A stretch of DNA of 64,000 bases from Candidatus Omnitrophota bacterium. Lineage in GTDB: Bacteria > Omnitrophota > Gorgyraeia > Gygaellales > Gygaellaceae. Within the stretch, counting starts at the first letter, position 1. Each line of letters begins with the position of its first letter. The notes beneath the pieces were generated by a model, which made no database searches, was not told where the DNA came from, and worked only from the letters and a program-made list of their open reading frames with translations. The translations under genes were made by a program, and so were the position numbers. This document shows, in pieces, positions 45,460 through 54,536 of this stretch. The stretch lies in NCBI GenBank assembly GCA_018400015.1, contig JAGYNB010000001.1:134815-198814 (forward strand). The letters are read 5' to 3'.

Positions 45460-46602
45460 TCAAGAACAAATAAAATTGTTGATTATTGTGGCGCCTCGTT
45501 CTGTGGCGCCTTTTTCTCCCAGTGCAGTTTTTACTTCATTGAGCTTATTCTTGATATATTTGATTTTTTCAGGGTTGTTGAAGATAAAATCCATATCGAA
45601 AGCTATTTTCTCTGGGTGGGCATCAAACTGAATATATTCAGGAATGATTTTTTGTCCGGCAACGACATTAACCAGACCGATATAATCTATTTTTATTAGC
45701 AGTTTGGCAATAAGCCAGGTTAGTAGGTTGACTTTATAGATTATAAACATAGGCTTATTAAGGATTGCAGTTTCTAATGTTGCTGTGCCAGATGCAACAA
45801 GACAAAATTCGCTGGCATTTATGCCGTCATAGGTATCATTTTCAATGATTGGAGCATTTAGTGTAGTTTTAGCCACTATTTCTTTAAACATTTCGATATT
45901 CAATTCAGTCGGTTTTAAAATAACAAATTGAACATTTTTAGTTTTTTTAGAAAACAGCAGGCAACTTTTGAGCATGATTGAGAGGTTCTTTCTTATTTCG
46001 TTTGCCCTTGAGCCCGGCAAAAGGGCAATTATTCTTTTATTCGGATCGAGTTTGTGTTTATCGATAAACTGGTTTTTGTTTTTTGTTGTATTTACATGGT
46101 CTAGTAGCGGATGCCCAATGAAGTCCGTATCAATATATTCTTGCTCATATAGTTTTTTTTCAAATTTAAAGAAAACAAGCATTTTGTCAACAACCTGTTT
46201 TATTAATTTGATTCTTTTTTTATTCCAGGCCCATATCTGCGGGCTGATGTAATAAATTATCTTAATATTATTATTTATTTTTCTTATTTCTTTTGCCAGG
46301 CGCAGGTTAAATCCGGGGTAATCGACAAGTATTAAAGCTTCAGGTTGTTTTTTTTCAATATGTTCGGTTAATTGCATGAATACCTGTTTAAATTTATTGT
46401 AGTGTTTTAAAACCTCCCAAAAACCCACAACAGCGAGTTCGCTGAGATTATAAATGATATCAACCCCAGCCTGCTGCATTTTATAACCACCGAGGCCGCT
46501 GATGACTAATTGTGGATTAATAGTTTTTAGTTTTTTAACGAGATTAGCTGCGTGGAAGTCTCCTGAGGGTTCGCCAGCAACTATTACGATGTTTTTATAC
46601 AT
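45460..46602 (-). CDS. lpxB: Lipid-A-disaccharide synthase
   Basis: N-terminus IVAGEPSGD…, GT-B fold length (380 aa), and LpxB motifs (LLPGSR). Confidence 0.85.
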   Translation of the reverse strand: MYKNIVIVAGEPSGDFHAANLVKKLKTINPQLVISGLGGYKMQQAGVDIIYNLSELAVVGFWEVLKHYNKFKQVFMQLTEHIEKKQPEALILVDYPGFNLRLAKEIRKINNNIKIIYYISPQIWAWNKKRIKLIKQVVDKMLVFFKFEKKLYEQEYIDTDFIGHPLLDHVNTTKNKNQFIDKHKLDPNKRIIALLPGSRANEIRKNLSIMLKSCLLFSKKTKNVQFVILKPTELNIEMFKEIVAKTTLNAPIIENDTYDGINASEFCLVASGTATLETAILNKPMFIIYKVNLLTWLIAKLLIKIDYIGLVNVVAGQKIIPEYIQFDAHPEKIAFDMDFIFNNPEKIKYIKNKLNEVKTALGEKGATERGATIINNFICS

Positions 46603-47512
46603 CTATTTTCTTTATTATTTTTAACGCAACCGAAAGCGCATCTCGTGCTTCAACTCCAGAAACAACGGGTTTTTTCTTTAGCCTCATGCATTGTAAGAAT
46701 GATGCGATTTCTTTTCTTAATGGTTGTTCTTTTTCGATTGGTATAGCTTCTTTTAATATTCCTGCCCGTGTTTTCTTATAAATAAAAGCCTCTTGCTTAA
46801 AGTAGTCCATAGATATATATGTATTAGGTAAGAATATGCGGATTTTTCTCATGTATTCGTCTGATATTCTGCTGGCGGTTAGATTTACGCTGCAATTATT
46901 TTCAAAAGTTAATCTAGCGTTAGCGATATCCTCAAATTGGGTGAGTACTTTTACTCCCACGGCATCAATACGTTTTATTTTGGATTTTACCAGACCCAGG
47001 ACTATATCAATATCATGGATCATTATGTCTAGCACTGCCCCTACGTCCAGAGACCTTCCAGGAAAGGGGCTCAAACGGTGACATTCGATGAATTTAGGAT
47101 TCTTTATATTCTTTTCAATGCTTTGGAAAGCGCAATTGAAGCGTTCAATATGCCCAACCTGTAAGATAACCTCATTTTTTTTTGCTATGGCAATAAGCCG
47201 GTCGGCTTGTTTGAGGTTAACCGTTATTGGTTTTTCCACAAGACAATGGATTTTATTTTCCAGAAAATATTTAGCAATTTTATAATGTAAGCATGTTGGT
47301 ACACATATGCTTACGGCATGTAAGTTTTTGATAGGGATTTTCTTATAATCAGAGTAGAAAACTTCTTTTAAAGGGTTTGGAAGTTTACGTATTGATTCAT
47401 GATTATTATCGCAAGTTGCTACAATATTTGCAGTTTTGATTCTGAGGTAAGTTTCAGCATGTTTTGAACCTAATTTTCCCAGTCCGATAATCGCGATATT
47501 GGTCTTTTTCAT
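46595..47512 (-). CDS. Gfo/Idh/MocA-family NAD(P)-dependent oxidoreductase co-transcribed with lpxB (possible UDP-GlcNAc 3-dehydrogenase GnnA-like enzyme)
   Basis: N-terminal Rossmann motif IAIIGLGKLGSKHAE and the Gfo/Idh/MocA catalytic region (EKP). 8-nt overlap with lpxB. Confidence 0.7.
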   Translation of the reverse strand: MKKTNIAIIGLGKLGSKHAETYLRIKTANIVATCDNNHESIRKLPNPLKEVFYSDYKKIPIKNLHAVSICVPTCLHYKIAKYFLENKIHCLVEKPITVNLKQADRLIAIAKKNEVILQVGHIERFNCAFQSIEKNIKNPKFIECHRLSPFPGRSLDVGAVLDIMIHDIDIVLGLVKSKIKRIDAVGVKVLTQFEDIANARLTFENNCSVNLTASRISDEYMRKIRIFLPNTYISMDYFKQEAFIYKKTRAGILKEAIPIEKEQPLRKEIASFLQCMRLKKKPVVSGVEARDALSVALKIIKKIDV

Positions 47513-47573
47513 ATATTTGTAATCATAGCAAAGCGCTTGTTAAAAGTCAATAATTGTGATAAAATACCTCGCT

Positions 47574-49367
47574 ATGAAAGATTATTTGAAGCTTTTAAGG
47601 TTTGTTAAACCTTATTGGTTTTTGTTCATAATTGCCGCAGTATTTATGGGGTTTACTGCTATATTTGACGGTGCTTCTATTGGTATGATTGTTCCTTTGG
47701 CCGATAATGTCCTAACAGGAAAAGAAATTATTGTACCGGTTGAGCTTCCCGCATATTTAGATAATTTTATAAATACAGTCAACCAGATGGAACCTTTAGT
47801 GCTTTTAAAAATAATGTCATTAGTGGTGTTGGCTGTAATTTTCTTAAAAGGGGTAGCGAGTTTTATCTATAGTTATGTGATGTCCGATATCGGTCAGAAG
47901 GTTATGCGTGATATAAGAGCCAAGATCTATGATAAATTTTTGGGGTTTTCTCTTGATTTTTATGCTAGGAAAAAGGCAGGAGAGCTTATTTCCAGAATCA
48001 CTAATGATGTTAGGGTTGTTGAAAATGCCGTGTCGTACGGTTTTACCGATCTTATATACCAGACGTTCCAGATAATCGTTTTTACTTGTGTAGTGCTGTT
48101 TATCAATTGGAAATTGTCCCTTTTTATTTTTGTAGCTTTGCCATTATTGGTTGTCCCAATAGTAAAGGTCGGAAAGAAGTTGCGAAAGCTTTCTAAAGTT
48201 TCACAGGAGAAAATGGCGGATATTAATTGTTCGATTAATGAGACAATTTTTGGCATAAGGATCGTTAAAGCCTTCTGCGCTGAGATCTATGAAAGAAAGA
48301 AATTCAATTTATTCAATAATAGTTATTATAAGGTGATGATGAAGTCTATTAAAAGAACTCTTATTTTGTCTCCTGCAACTGAGTTTATAGGTGCTGTAGC
48401 AGGTGTATTCGTTTTTTTCTTCGGCGGTAAAGAAGTAATTGAAGGTAGAATGTCTTTTGGTATATTTGGTTTGTTTTTGGGGTCATTGCTTTCCATGGTA
48501 AGGCCGTTTAAGAAATTAAGCCAGGTTAACTCTTTGATTCAGCAGGCTGTGGCAGCAAGCACCAGGATTTACGATATAATAGATGAAAGCTCTTCTATAA
48601 AAGATTCTGAACAGGCTATAGAACTAAGGTCTTTTAATGAAAAAATAGTTTTTGAGAATGTAAGGTTTAAGTATGAAACACAGGAAGTGTTAAAAGGGAT
48701 TAACCTAGCGGTTAACAAAAATGAGTTTATTGCAATTGTCGGACCAAGCGGAGCTGGCAAAAGTACACTTCTAGATTTAATTCCCAGGTTTTATGATCCG
48801 ACAAGTGGAAAGATAACAATTGATGGAGAGGATATACGAAAATATTCTTTAAGTTCTTTAAGAAGACATATAGGAATTGTTTCTCAAGAAACCATACTTT
48901 TTAATGATTCGGTAAAAGCTAATATCGCCTATGGCGCAAATAATTATTCCCAAGAGGACATAATTTCAGCAGCAAAAAAAGCGAATGCGCATGATTTTAT
49001 TATGAATTTGCCAGTTGGCTACGATACAATTATCGGTGATAGAGGATTTAAGCTTTCTGGCGGAGAAAAGCAGCGTCTGGCTATTGCCCGGGCAATGCTT
49101 AAGAATCCGCAGGTGCTTATTCTTGATGAGGCAACAAGTCAGCTTGATACGCAGTCAGAAAGGCTTGTTCAGGATGCTTTGGATAGATTAATGGAGTCAA
49201 GAACGGTATTTGTTATAGCACATAGACTTTCGACTGTGAAAAATGCCGATAGAATACTTGTTATTGACAAAGGAGAGGTTGTTCAGCTGGGACTTCATGC
49301 AGAGCTGGTTAATAAGCAGGGTGTATATAAACAGCTTTATGATATGCAATTTGTGGAAAAACAATAA
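47574..49367 (+). CDS. msbA: Lipid A/LPS export ABC transporter, fused permease-ATPase (MsbA-like)
   Basis: 6-TM exporter domain plus NBD (GPSGAGKST, LSGGEKQRLAIARA, ILDEATSQLD). LPS gene neighbourhood. The ATG at 47574 lies about 8 nt after a TAAAAT -10 box, so the transcript may be leaderless; the tracked start is a GTG at 47556. Confidence 0.8.
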   Translation: MKDYLKLLRFVKPYWFLFIIAAVFMGFTAIFDGASIGMIVPLADNVLTGKEIIVPVELPAYLDNFINTVNQMEPLVLLKIMSLVVLAVIFLKGVASFIYSYVMSDIGQKVMRDIRAKIYDKFLGFSLDFYARKKAGELISRITNDVRVVENAVSYGFTDLIYQTFQIIVFTCVVLFINWKLSLFIFVALPLLVVPIVKVGKKLRKLSKVSQEKMADINCSINETIFGIRIVKAFCAEIYERKKFNLFNNSYYKVMMKSIKRTLILSPATEFIGAVAGVFVFFFGGKEVIEGRMSFGIFGLFLGSLLSMVRPFKKLSQVNSLIQQAVAASTRIYDIIDESSSIKDSEQAIELRSFNEKIVFENVRFKYETQEVLKGINLAVNKNEFIAIVGPSGAGKSTLLDLIPRFYDPTSGKITIDGEDIRKYSLSSLRRHIGIVSQETILFNDSVKANIAYGANNYSQEDIISAAKKANAHDFIMNLPVGYDTIIGDRGFKLSGGEKQRLAIARAMLKNPQVLILDEATSQLDTQSERLVQDALDRLMESRTVFVIAHRLSTVKNADRILVIDKGEVVQLGLHAELVNKQGVYKQLYDMQFVEKQ

Positions 49368-49508
49368 TAAAACCGGTTTTATTTGAAATTTTTTCCTCAT
49401 TTACTGCAAATTATTAAATAAAAACTATTTTATAAAATATCTTGGAATTATTTATTTATTGTGGTATATTAACTTTTCACTTTAAAGAAATGGAGGAAGT
49501 TAAATAAT

Positions 49509-50378
49509 ATGGTTAACGAACTAATCAAGAAACTTTTGGAAGCAGGGGTTCATTTTGGTCACCAGACAAAGCGCTGGAATCCTAAGATGAAAAAGTTTAT
49601 TTTTGGCGAAAGAAGCGGTATATATATAATTGATCTTGAGAAAACTGCCGAATGTGTAGAAAAAGCAAGGGCGTTTCTGCAGGATTTGGCTTCTAAGGGC
49701 GAAAATATTCTTTTTGTAGGTACAAAAAAACAGGCCCAGCAGATAATTAAAGAAGAAGCGTTGCGCGCTTCGATGTTTTTTGTCCATCAGAGATGGCTCG
49801 GCGGATTATTGACTAATTTTCAAACAATTAATAAATCCATAAAGAGGCTCAAGGAAATTGAGAAGATGGAAGAAGACGGGACTTTCGAAAATCTCACCAA
49901 AAAGGAAGTTTTGATTTTAAAGAGAGAAAAGGAAAAATTAAATAAGAATTTAAGCGGTATTGTGAATATGGAGAAAATGCCTGCGGCAGTTTTTATTATT
50001 GATGCCAAAAATGAAGAGACTGCGGTTCAGGAAGCGAGAAAGCTTAATATCCCTATTGTTGCTTTGATTGATACTAATTGTAATCCAGACTTGATTGAGT
50101 ATCCTATACCTGGTAATGATGATGCAATGAAGGCGATAAAATTAGTTACTTCAATGATGGCTGATGCGATTATTGAGGGAAGAAAGAATTTCCTTTCGTA
50201 TCTGTCTCAGGAAGGCGTAAAGCGGCAGGAAGAAGAGGCTTTGGCAGCATCAATGGAAAATGAACTTGAAATTCCTGAAGAAGACATTGAAGAACTTGAT
50301 GAAAACGGCAAGAAAAAAAACAAAACAAAAGCAGGCGTTAAAAAGGCAAGACATGCTAAAGAAAAAGAAGATGATTAA
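49509..50378 (+). CDS. rpsB: 30S ribosomal protein S2
   Basis: N-terminus [19 protein letters not shown] and the conserved rpsB-tsf-pyrH-frr synteny. SD ggaggaag. Confidence 0.95.
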   Translation: MVNELIKKLLEAGVHFGHQTKRWNPKMKKFIFGERSGIYIIDLEKTAECVEKARAFLQDLASKGENILFVGTKKQAQQIIKEEALRASMFFVHQRWLGGLLTNFQTINKSIKRLKEIEKMEEDGTFENLTKKEVLILKREKEKLNKNLSGIVNMEKMPAAVFIIDAKNEETAVQEARKLNIPIVALIDTNCNPDLIEYPIPGNDDAMKAIKLVTSMMADAIIEGRKNFLSYLSQEGVKRQEEEALAASMENELEIPEEDIEELDENGKKKNKTKAGVKKARHAKEKEDD

Positions 50379-50411
50379 CAATTTACGAAAACGTTAAGGA
50401 GTGAAAGTATA

Positions 50412-50936
50412 ATGGAAGTTTCTTTGGATCAAATTAAACAGCTAAGGGAAAAGACCCAGGTAAGCATAAGCGATTGTAGAAATGCTTTGATTGATGCTAA
50501 TGGCGACATGAAAAAAGCAGAGGGTCTTTTGAAAGAAAAAATGAAGGAGATTGCTGCTAAGAAAACAGACAGGGTTACATCTCAGGGAAGAATCGCCTCC
50601 TATGTTCATTTTGACAGTAAAATTGGTGTTTTGGTGGAGGTTAATAGCGAAACAGATTTTGTCGCTAGAAATGAAGAGTTTTGTAAGTTTTCCCAGGATT
50701 TGGCACTTCATATAGCAGCTACGAATCCAGAATATATAAAAGAGGAAGATGTCCCTAAAGAAGTGTTGGATGCCGAAGAAGACAAAGATGCTTTTTTAAA
50801 AGCCAAATGTCTTTTGGAGCAGAATTTTGTCAAAGATCCTTCGTTGGTTATCAAGGATTATTTGACAAACATAATCGCTAAAACTGGCGAGAATGTTTCT
50901 ATAAGCAGGTTCGTGAGATATCAAATCGGAAAATAG
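50412..50936 (+). CDS. tsf: Elongation factor Ts (short form)
   Basis: UBA-like N-terminus (IKQLREKTQVSISDCRNALIDANGDMKKAEGLL) and a single dimerisation core, 174 aa. Confidence 0.9.
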   Translation: MEVSLDQIKQLREKTQVSISDCRNALIDANGDMKKAEGLLKEKMKEIAAKKTDRVTSQGRIASYVHFDSKIGVLVEVNSETDFVARNEEFCKFSQDLALHIAATNPEYIKEEDVPKEVLDAEEDKDAFLKAKCLLEQNFVKDPSLVIKDYLTNIIAKTGENVSISRFVRYQIGK

Positions 50937-50945
50937 TTTTAGATA

Positions 50946-51665
50946 ATGACAAAGAAACCCCAATATAAACGGGTTGTTTTAAAAATAAGCGGCGAGGCCC
51001 TTCAGGGCAGTTTAAAGCACGGTATTGATTTTAATTTTTGTGAAAAGCTAGCTTTAGAAATAAAAGAAGTTTGTACTCTTGGTATTCAGATTGCCTTGGT
51101 TGTCGGCGCAGGTAATATTTTCCGAGGGGCAGAGAATACCAGGCGTTTAGGCATGGATCGTTCCGTTGCTGATTATATGGGTATGATGGCAACGGTTATA
51201 AACGGTATGGCCTTACAGGATATTTTAGAGAAAGTTGGTGTTCCTACACGTGTTCAGACTTCTATTCAGATGCATGAGATTGCTGAGCCCTATATAAGGC
51301 GTAAGGCGATAAGACATTTAGAGAAGAAAAGGGTTGTTATTTTTGTTGCCGGAACTGGTAATCCCTATTTTACAACCGATACTGCAGCGGCCTTGAAAGC
51401 CATGGAGATAAATGCCGATATAATTTTAAAGGCGACAAAGGTTGATGGCGTATATTCGGCAGACCCCTTAAAGGTAAAGAACGCAAGAAAATACAAGACC
51501 CTAAAATATATAGATGTTCTAAAAAGAGGTCTTAAGGTAATGGATGCTACTGCGATAAGTTTATGCATGGATAATAAATTGCCGATTTTGGTCTTTAATC
51601 TTAATAAACACGGAAATATTAAAAAAGCCCTTCTTGCAAAAGATATCGGGACTGTTGTTAAGTAA
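50946..51665 (+). CDS. pyrH: UMP kinase
   Basis: [11 protein letters not shown]…, GAGNIFRG, and MDATA motifs. Confidence 0.95.
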   Translation: MTKKPQYKRVVLKISGEALQGSLKHGIDFNFCEKLALEIKEVCTLGIQIALVVGAGNIFRGAENTRRLGMDRSVADYMGMMATVINGMALQDILEKVGVPTRVQTSIQMHEIAEPYIRRKAIRHLEKKRVVIFVAGTGNPYFTTDTAAALKAMEINADIILKATKVDGVYSADPLKVKNARKYKTLKYIDVLKRGLKVMDATAISLCMDNKLPILVFNLNKHGNIKKALLAKDIGTVVK

Positions 51666-51680
51666 AAAAGAGGTGAAATA

Positions 51681-52241
51681 ATGAGCGTAAAAGAAACTAT
51701 AAGAATAACCGAAGAAAATATGAAGAAGGCTATCACCTCGTGTACGAGAGAATTTAATACTGTTCGTACCGGTAGGGCTTCGCCATCATTGGTGGAAGGT
51801 TTGCATATTGATTATTACGGAACGCCGACGCTTTTAAAACAGTTGGCGAATATTTCAGTTCCTGATGCTCGTTTGATTGTTATTCAGCCCTGGGATCCTT
51901 CTGCTATTGTTGAAATTGAAAAGGCAATTTTTTCATCAAATTTAGGCATTACTCCTTCTAACGACGGCAAGGTTATCAGATTAGCTGTTCCTTCCCTGTC
52001 TGACGAAAGAAGAGAAGAGCTTGTAAAAGTCATAAAGCAGATGGCTGAAGAAACACGTGTTTCAATTCGCACGATAAGAAGAGATTCTAATGATGCGGTC
52101 AAGAAATTAGAATCCGATAAGATTATTTCTGAGGATGATAAGTTTAAAACTCAGGATCAGATTCAGAAACTTACTGATAAATATATCGCCGAAGTCGACA
52201 AGATTCTTGAGAATAAGGAAAAAGAGCTTAAGCAGTTTTAG
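51681..52241 (+). CDS. frr: Ribosome recycling factor
   Basis: 186 aa with motifs FNTVRTGRASPSLVE and IRTIRRD. Confidence 0.95.
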   Translation: MSVKETIRITEENMKKAITSCTREFNTVRTGRASPSLVEGLHIDYYGTPTLLKQLANISVPDARLIVIQPWDPSAIVEIEKAIFSSNLGITPSNDGKVIRLAVPSLSDERREELVKVIKQMAEETRVSIRTIRRDSNDAVKKLESDKIISEDDKFKTQDQIQKLTDKYIAEVDKILENKEKELKQF

Positions 52242-52257
52242 TTTGGTATTTATTTTT

Positions 52258-52330
52258 GGGCCACTAGCTCATCTGGTAGAGCACCACCCTTTTAAGGTGG
52301 CTGTGCCGCGTTCGAGTCGCGGGTGGCTCA
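52258..52330 (+). tRNA. tRNA-Lys (anticodon TTT)
   Basis: Hand-folded cloverleaf: acceptor GGGCCAC/GTGGCTC, D-arm GCTC-ATCTGGT-AGAGC, anticodon stem CCACC/GGTGG with loop CTTTTAA, and T-arm CCGCG-TTCGAGT-CGCGG. Confidence 0.85.
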
Positions 52331-52348
52331 TTAAATTTTCTGCCTATA

Positions 52349-52430
52349 GGGCGGATGGCGGAATTGGCATACGCGGTAGCCTTAGGAGCTATTGGGGTAA
52401 CCCTTGGAGGTTCAAATCCTCTTCCGCCCA
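52349..52430 (+). tRNA. tRNA-Leu (anticodon TAG), class II with long variable arm
   Basis: Acceptor GGGCGGA/TCCGCCC, anticodon stem GTAGC/GCTAT with loop CTTAGGA, long variable arm TGGGGTAACCCTTGG, and T-arm GGAGG-TTCAAAT-CCTCT. Confidence 0.75.
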
Positions 52431-52456
52431 TATGTTTAAAATTGAGCGTATGTTTT

Positions 52457-52529
52457 GCGGGAGTAGCTCAGTTGGTAGAGCGCTACCTTGCCAAGGTAGT
52501 TGTCGCGGGTTCGAAGCCCGTCTCCCGCT
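52457..52529 (+). tRNA. tRNA-Gly (anticodon GCC)
   Basis: Acceptor GCGGGAG/CTCCCGC, D-arm GCTC-AGTTGGT-AGAGC, anticodon stem CTACC/GGTAG with loop TTGCCAA, and T-arm GCGGG-TTCGAAG-CCCGT. Confidence 0.85.
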
Positions 52530-52568
52530 TTAAATTGATTAAATGATCATCAAACAAAAGGGGAACAG

Positions 52569-53039
52569 ATGAAGGTTACCGACTTTCTTTCTAAAAAAGC
52601 AATTTCCGCAGAATTAAAAAGCACAAAAAAAGAAGATGTAATAAAAGAGATGGTTGACTTGTTGATTTCAGCAGGGGAAATTGAAAAAAAACACCGCGCT
52701 AAATTGACAGAACTTTTAATGGCCAGAGAAGCTCTTGGTTCTACCGCTATCGGTCAGGGTGTGGCAATACCCCATGCGAAAATCGATTGCGTAAAACACT
52801 TGGTTGCCGCATTTGGATTATCGAAAAAAGGGGTTAATTTTGATTCTTTAGACGGAGAGCCGGCATACATTTTCTTTCTATTAGTTGCTCCTCAGGATTC
52901 AGCAGGCCCCCACCTTAAGGCTTTAGCAAGGATTTCAAGATTGTTAAAAGATAAATATTTTCGCGACAGCCTCAAACAGTCTAAGGATACAGCTTCTATT
53001 TTGAAAATCATCAATCAGGAAGATGACAAGAAGACTTAA
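52569..53039 (+). CDS. ptsN: PTS IIA-Ntr type nitrogen regulatory protein (PtsN, EIIA-fructose-like fold)
   Basis: PTS-EIIA type 2 domain with the phosphorylatable His in GQGVAIPHAK; 156 aa. Confidence 0.8.
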   Translation: MKVTDFLSKKAISAELKSTKKEDVIKEMVDLLISAGEIEKKHRAKLTELLMAREALGSTAIGQGVAIPHAKIDCVKHLVAAFGLSKKGVNFDSLDGEPAYIFFLLVAPQDSAGPHLKALARISRLLKDKYFRDSLKQSKDTASILKIINQEDDKKT

Positions 53040-54264
53040 GGTTCTTTATTTTTTTAGATGGCTTCAGCCGGGCTTAAGGGTTAAGCGTTGGGTTGCGCTT
53101 AGTCTTTGGGGCGTTTTTCTTACTCTTATCGGAGCTAATAGGCTGGCCACTGAAAAGATTGTTTTTTTAAAAATCCTAGAATATTTTGTTGTAGTTTTGG
53201 GTGTCGGTTTTTTATTTGTGGGTGTAGTTGAACTTATTTTGTCCATTCTTGCCTTATTTTTTCCAACTAAAAATAAGTCTGTTCATAAAATTGTAAAAAG
53301 AAGGTTATTAGAGAGAGGTCCTAAGATAGTTGCTATTGGTGGAGGTACGGGGCTTTCGGTATTGTTGCAGGGAATAAAAGAATATACCTCTAATATAAAG
53401 GCTGTAGTTACGGTTGCTGACGATGGTGGTTCTTCCGGAAGGCTAAGGGAACAATTTGACATTTTACCTCCGGGGGATATCAGAAACTGTCTTGTGGCTT
53501 TAGCCGATACAGAGCAACTGATGCGCGATTTGTTTCAGTTTAGATTCAAAGGCGATTCGGAGCTTGCCGGGCATAGTTTTGGCAATTTGTTTATTACTGT
53601 TATGACCCAGTTGACCGGAGATTTTGAAAAAGCAATAAAAGAATCAAGCAAAGTTTTAGCAATCAGAGGTCAGGTTGTTCCATCGACTTTATATAAAGTG
53701 AATCTGGGGGCTGAGTATAACGATGGTTCTATTGTTATTGGAGAGGCGGATATTCCTAAGAAAAAAGTTCCGATTAAGAGAGTATTTTTGAAATCTCAAC
53801 AGGATAGGCCGTTAGTTGCAACAGCAGAAGTTGTAAAATCTATTCATGAGGCAGATGCAATTATTTTAGGTCCGGGAAGTTTATATACCAGTATTATCCC
53901 TAATTTGCTTATTAGTGATATTGCCCAAGCGATAGCGAATTCGAACGCAAAGAAATTTTATGTTTGTAATGCGATGACGCAGCCAGGAGAAACTACACAG
54001 TTTTCAGTATCAGACCATATCAAGACGCTTATCGCACACAGCAATAGAAATATTCTGGATTATTGTGTAGTTAATAATAAGATTATTCCTCAAGAGCTAC
54101 TCAATAAATATGAGCATGAAGGGTCGCGTCCAGTTACTATTGACAGAGATAATATAAGGGCTATGGGGTATAAGTTATTAGAGTATGATTTAATAGCCGT
54201 TGATGGTTTTGTAAGGCATGATTTTAGGAAATTAGCCAGACTGTTAATGAAATTTATAAAATAA
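53023..54264 (+). CDS. yvcK: YvcK/CofD-like gluconeogenesis factor (UPF0052) with an extra ~95-aa N-terminal membrane segment
   Basis: Core motif KIVAIGGGTGLSVLLQG and the rest of the YvcK fold. The N-terminal extension contains two hydrophobic helices (ALSLWGVFLTLIGA; FVVVLGVGFLFVGVVELILSILALFF). Confidence 0.75.
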   Translation: MTRRLKVLYFFRWLQPGLRVKRWVALSLWGVFLTLIGANRLATEKIVFLKILEYFVVVLGVGFLFVGVVELILSILALFFPTKNKSVHKIVKRRLLERGPKIVAIGGGTGLSVLLQGIKEYTSNIKAVVTVADDGGSSGRLREQFDILPPGDIRNCLVALADTEQLMRDLFQFRFKGDSELAGHSFGNLFITVMTQLTGDFEKAIKESSKVLAIRGQVVPSTLYKVNLGAEYNDGSIVIGEADIPKKKVPIKRVFLKSQQDRPLVATAEVVKSIHEADAIILGPGSLYTSIIPNLLISDIAQAIANSNAKKFYVCNAMTQPGETTQFSVSDHIKTLIAHSNRNILDYCVVNNKIIPQELLNKYEHEGSRPVTIDRDNIRAMGYKLLEYDLIAVDGFVRHDFRKLARLLMKFIK

Positions 54265-54268
54265 GTTT

Positions 54269-54532
54269 ATGCCAAGAATAAAAAAAGAAATTATTGTAAA
54301 GAATAAACAAGGTTTGCATGCGAGGCCGGCTGCGCTATTCGTGCAGATTGCCAATAAGTATGAGGCAGAGATATCGGTAAAAAAAGAAGACGAAGAGGTA
54401 AATGGTAAGTCGATTATGGGTATACTTTTATTGGGTGCGGAAAAAGACAGCAAGATATTGATTATAGCCGATGGCGTTGATGCAAACGAGGCAATAGTAG
54501 AATTAGAAAGTTTGATAACCAAAGAAGAATAA
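54269..54532 (+). CDS. ptsH: Phosphocarrier protein HPr (or NPr)
   Basis: 87 aa with the active-site His in GLHARPAA. Confidence 0.85.
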   Translation: MPRIKKEIIVKNKQGLHARPAALFVQIANKYEAEISVKKEDEEVNGKSIMGILLLGAEKDSKILIIADGVDANEAIVELESLITKEE

Positions 54533-54536
54533 CGAT

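Noticed and set aside
49368-49400. Palindrome aaaaccggtttt after msbA as a terminator
   Set aside because: The stem is only AT-rich/6 bp with two GC pairs. That is too weak for confidence, so it was not reported as a feature.
52135-52546. Two ORF-track proteins (132 aa and 63 aa, + strand) overlapping the tRNA cluster
   Set aside because: They are read-through translations of the tRNA-Lys, tRNA-Leu and tRNA-Gly genes, which fold into clean cloverleaves. There is no SD and the composition is atypical.
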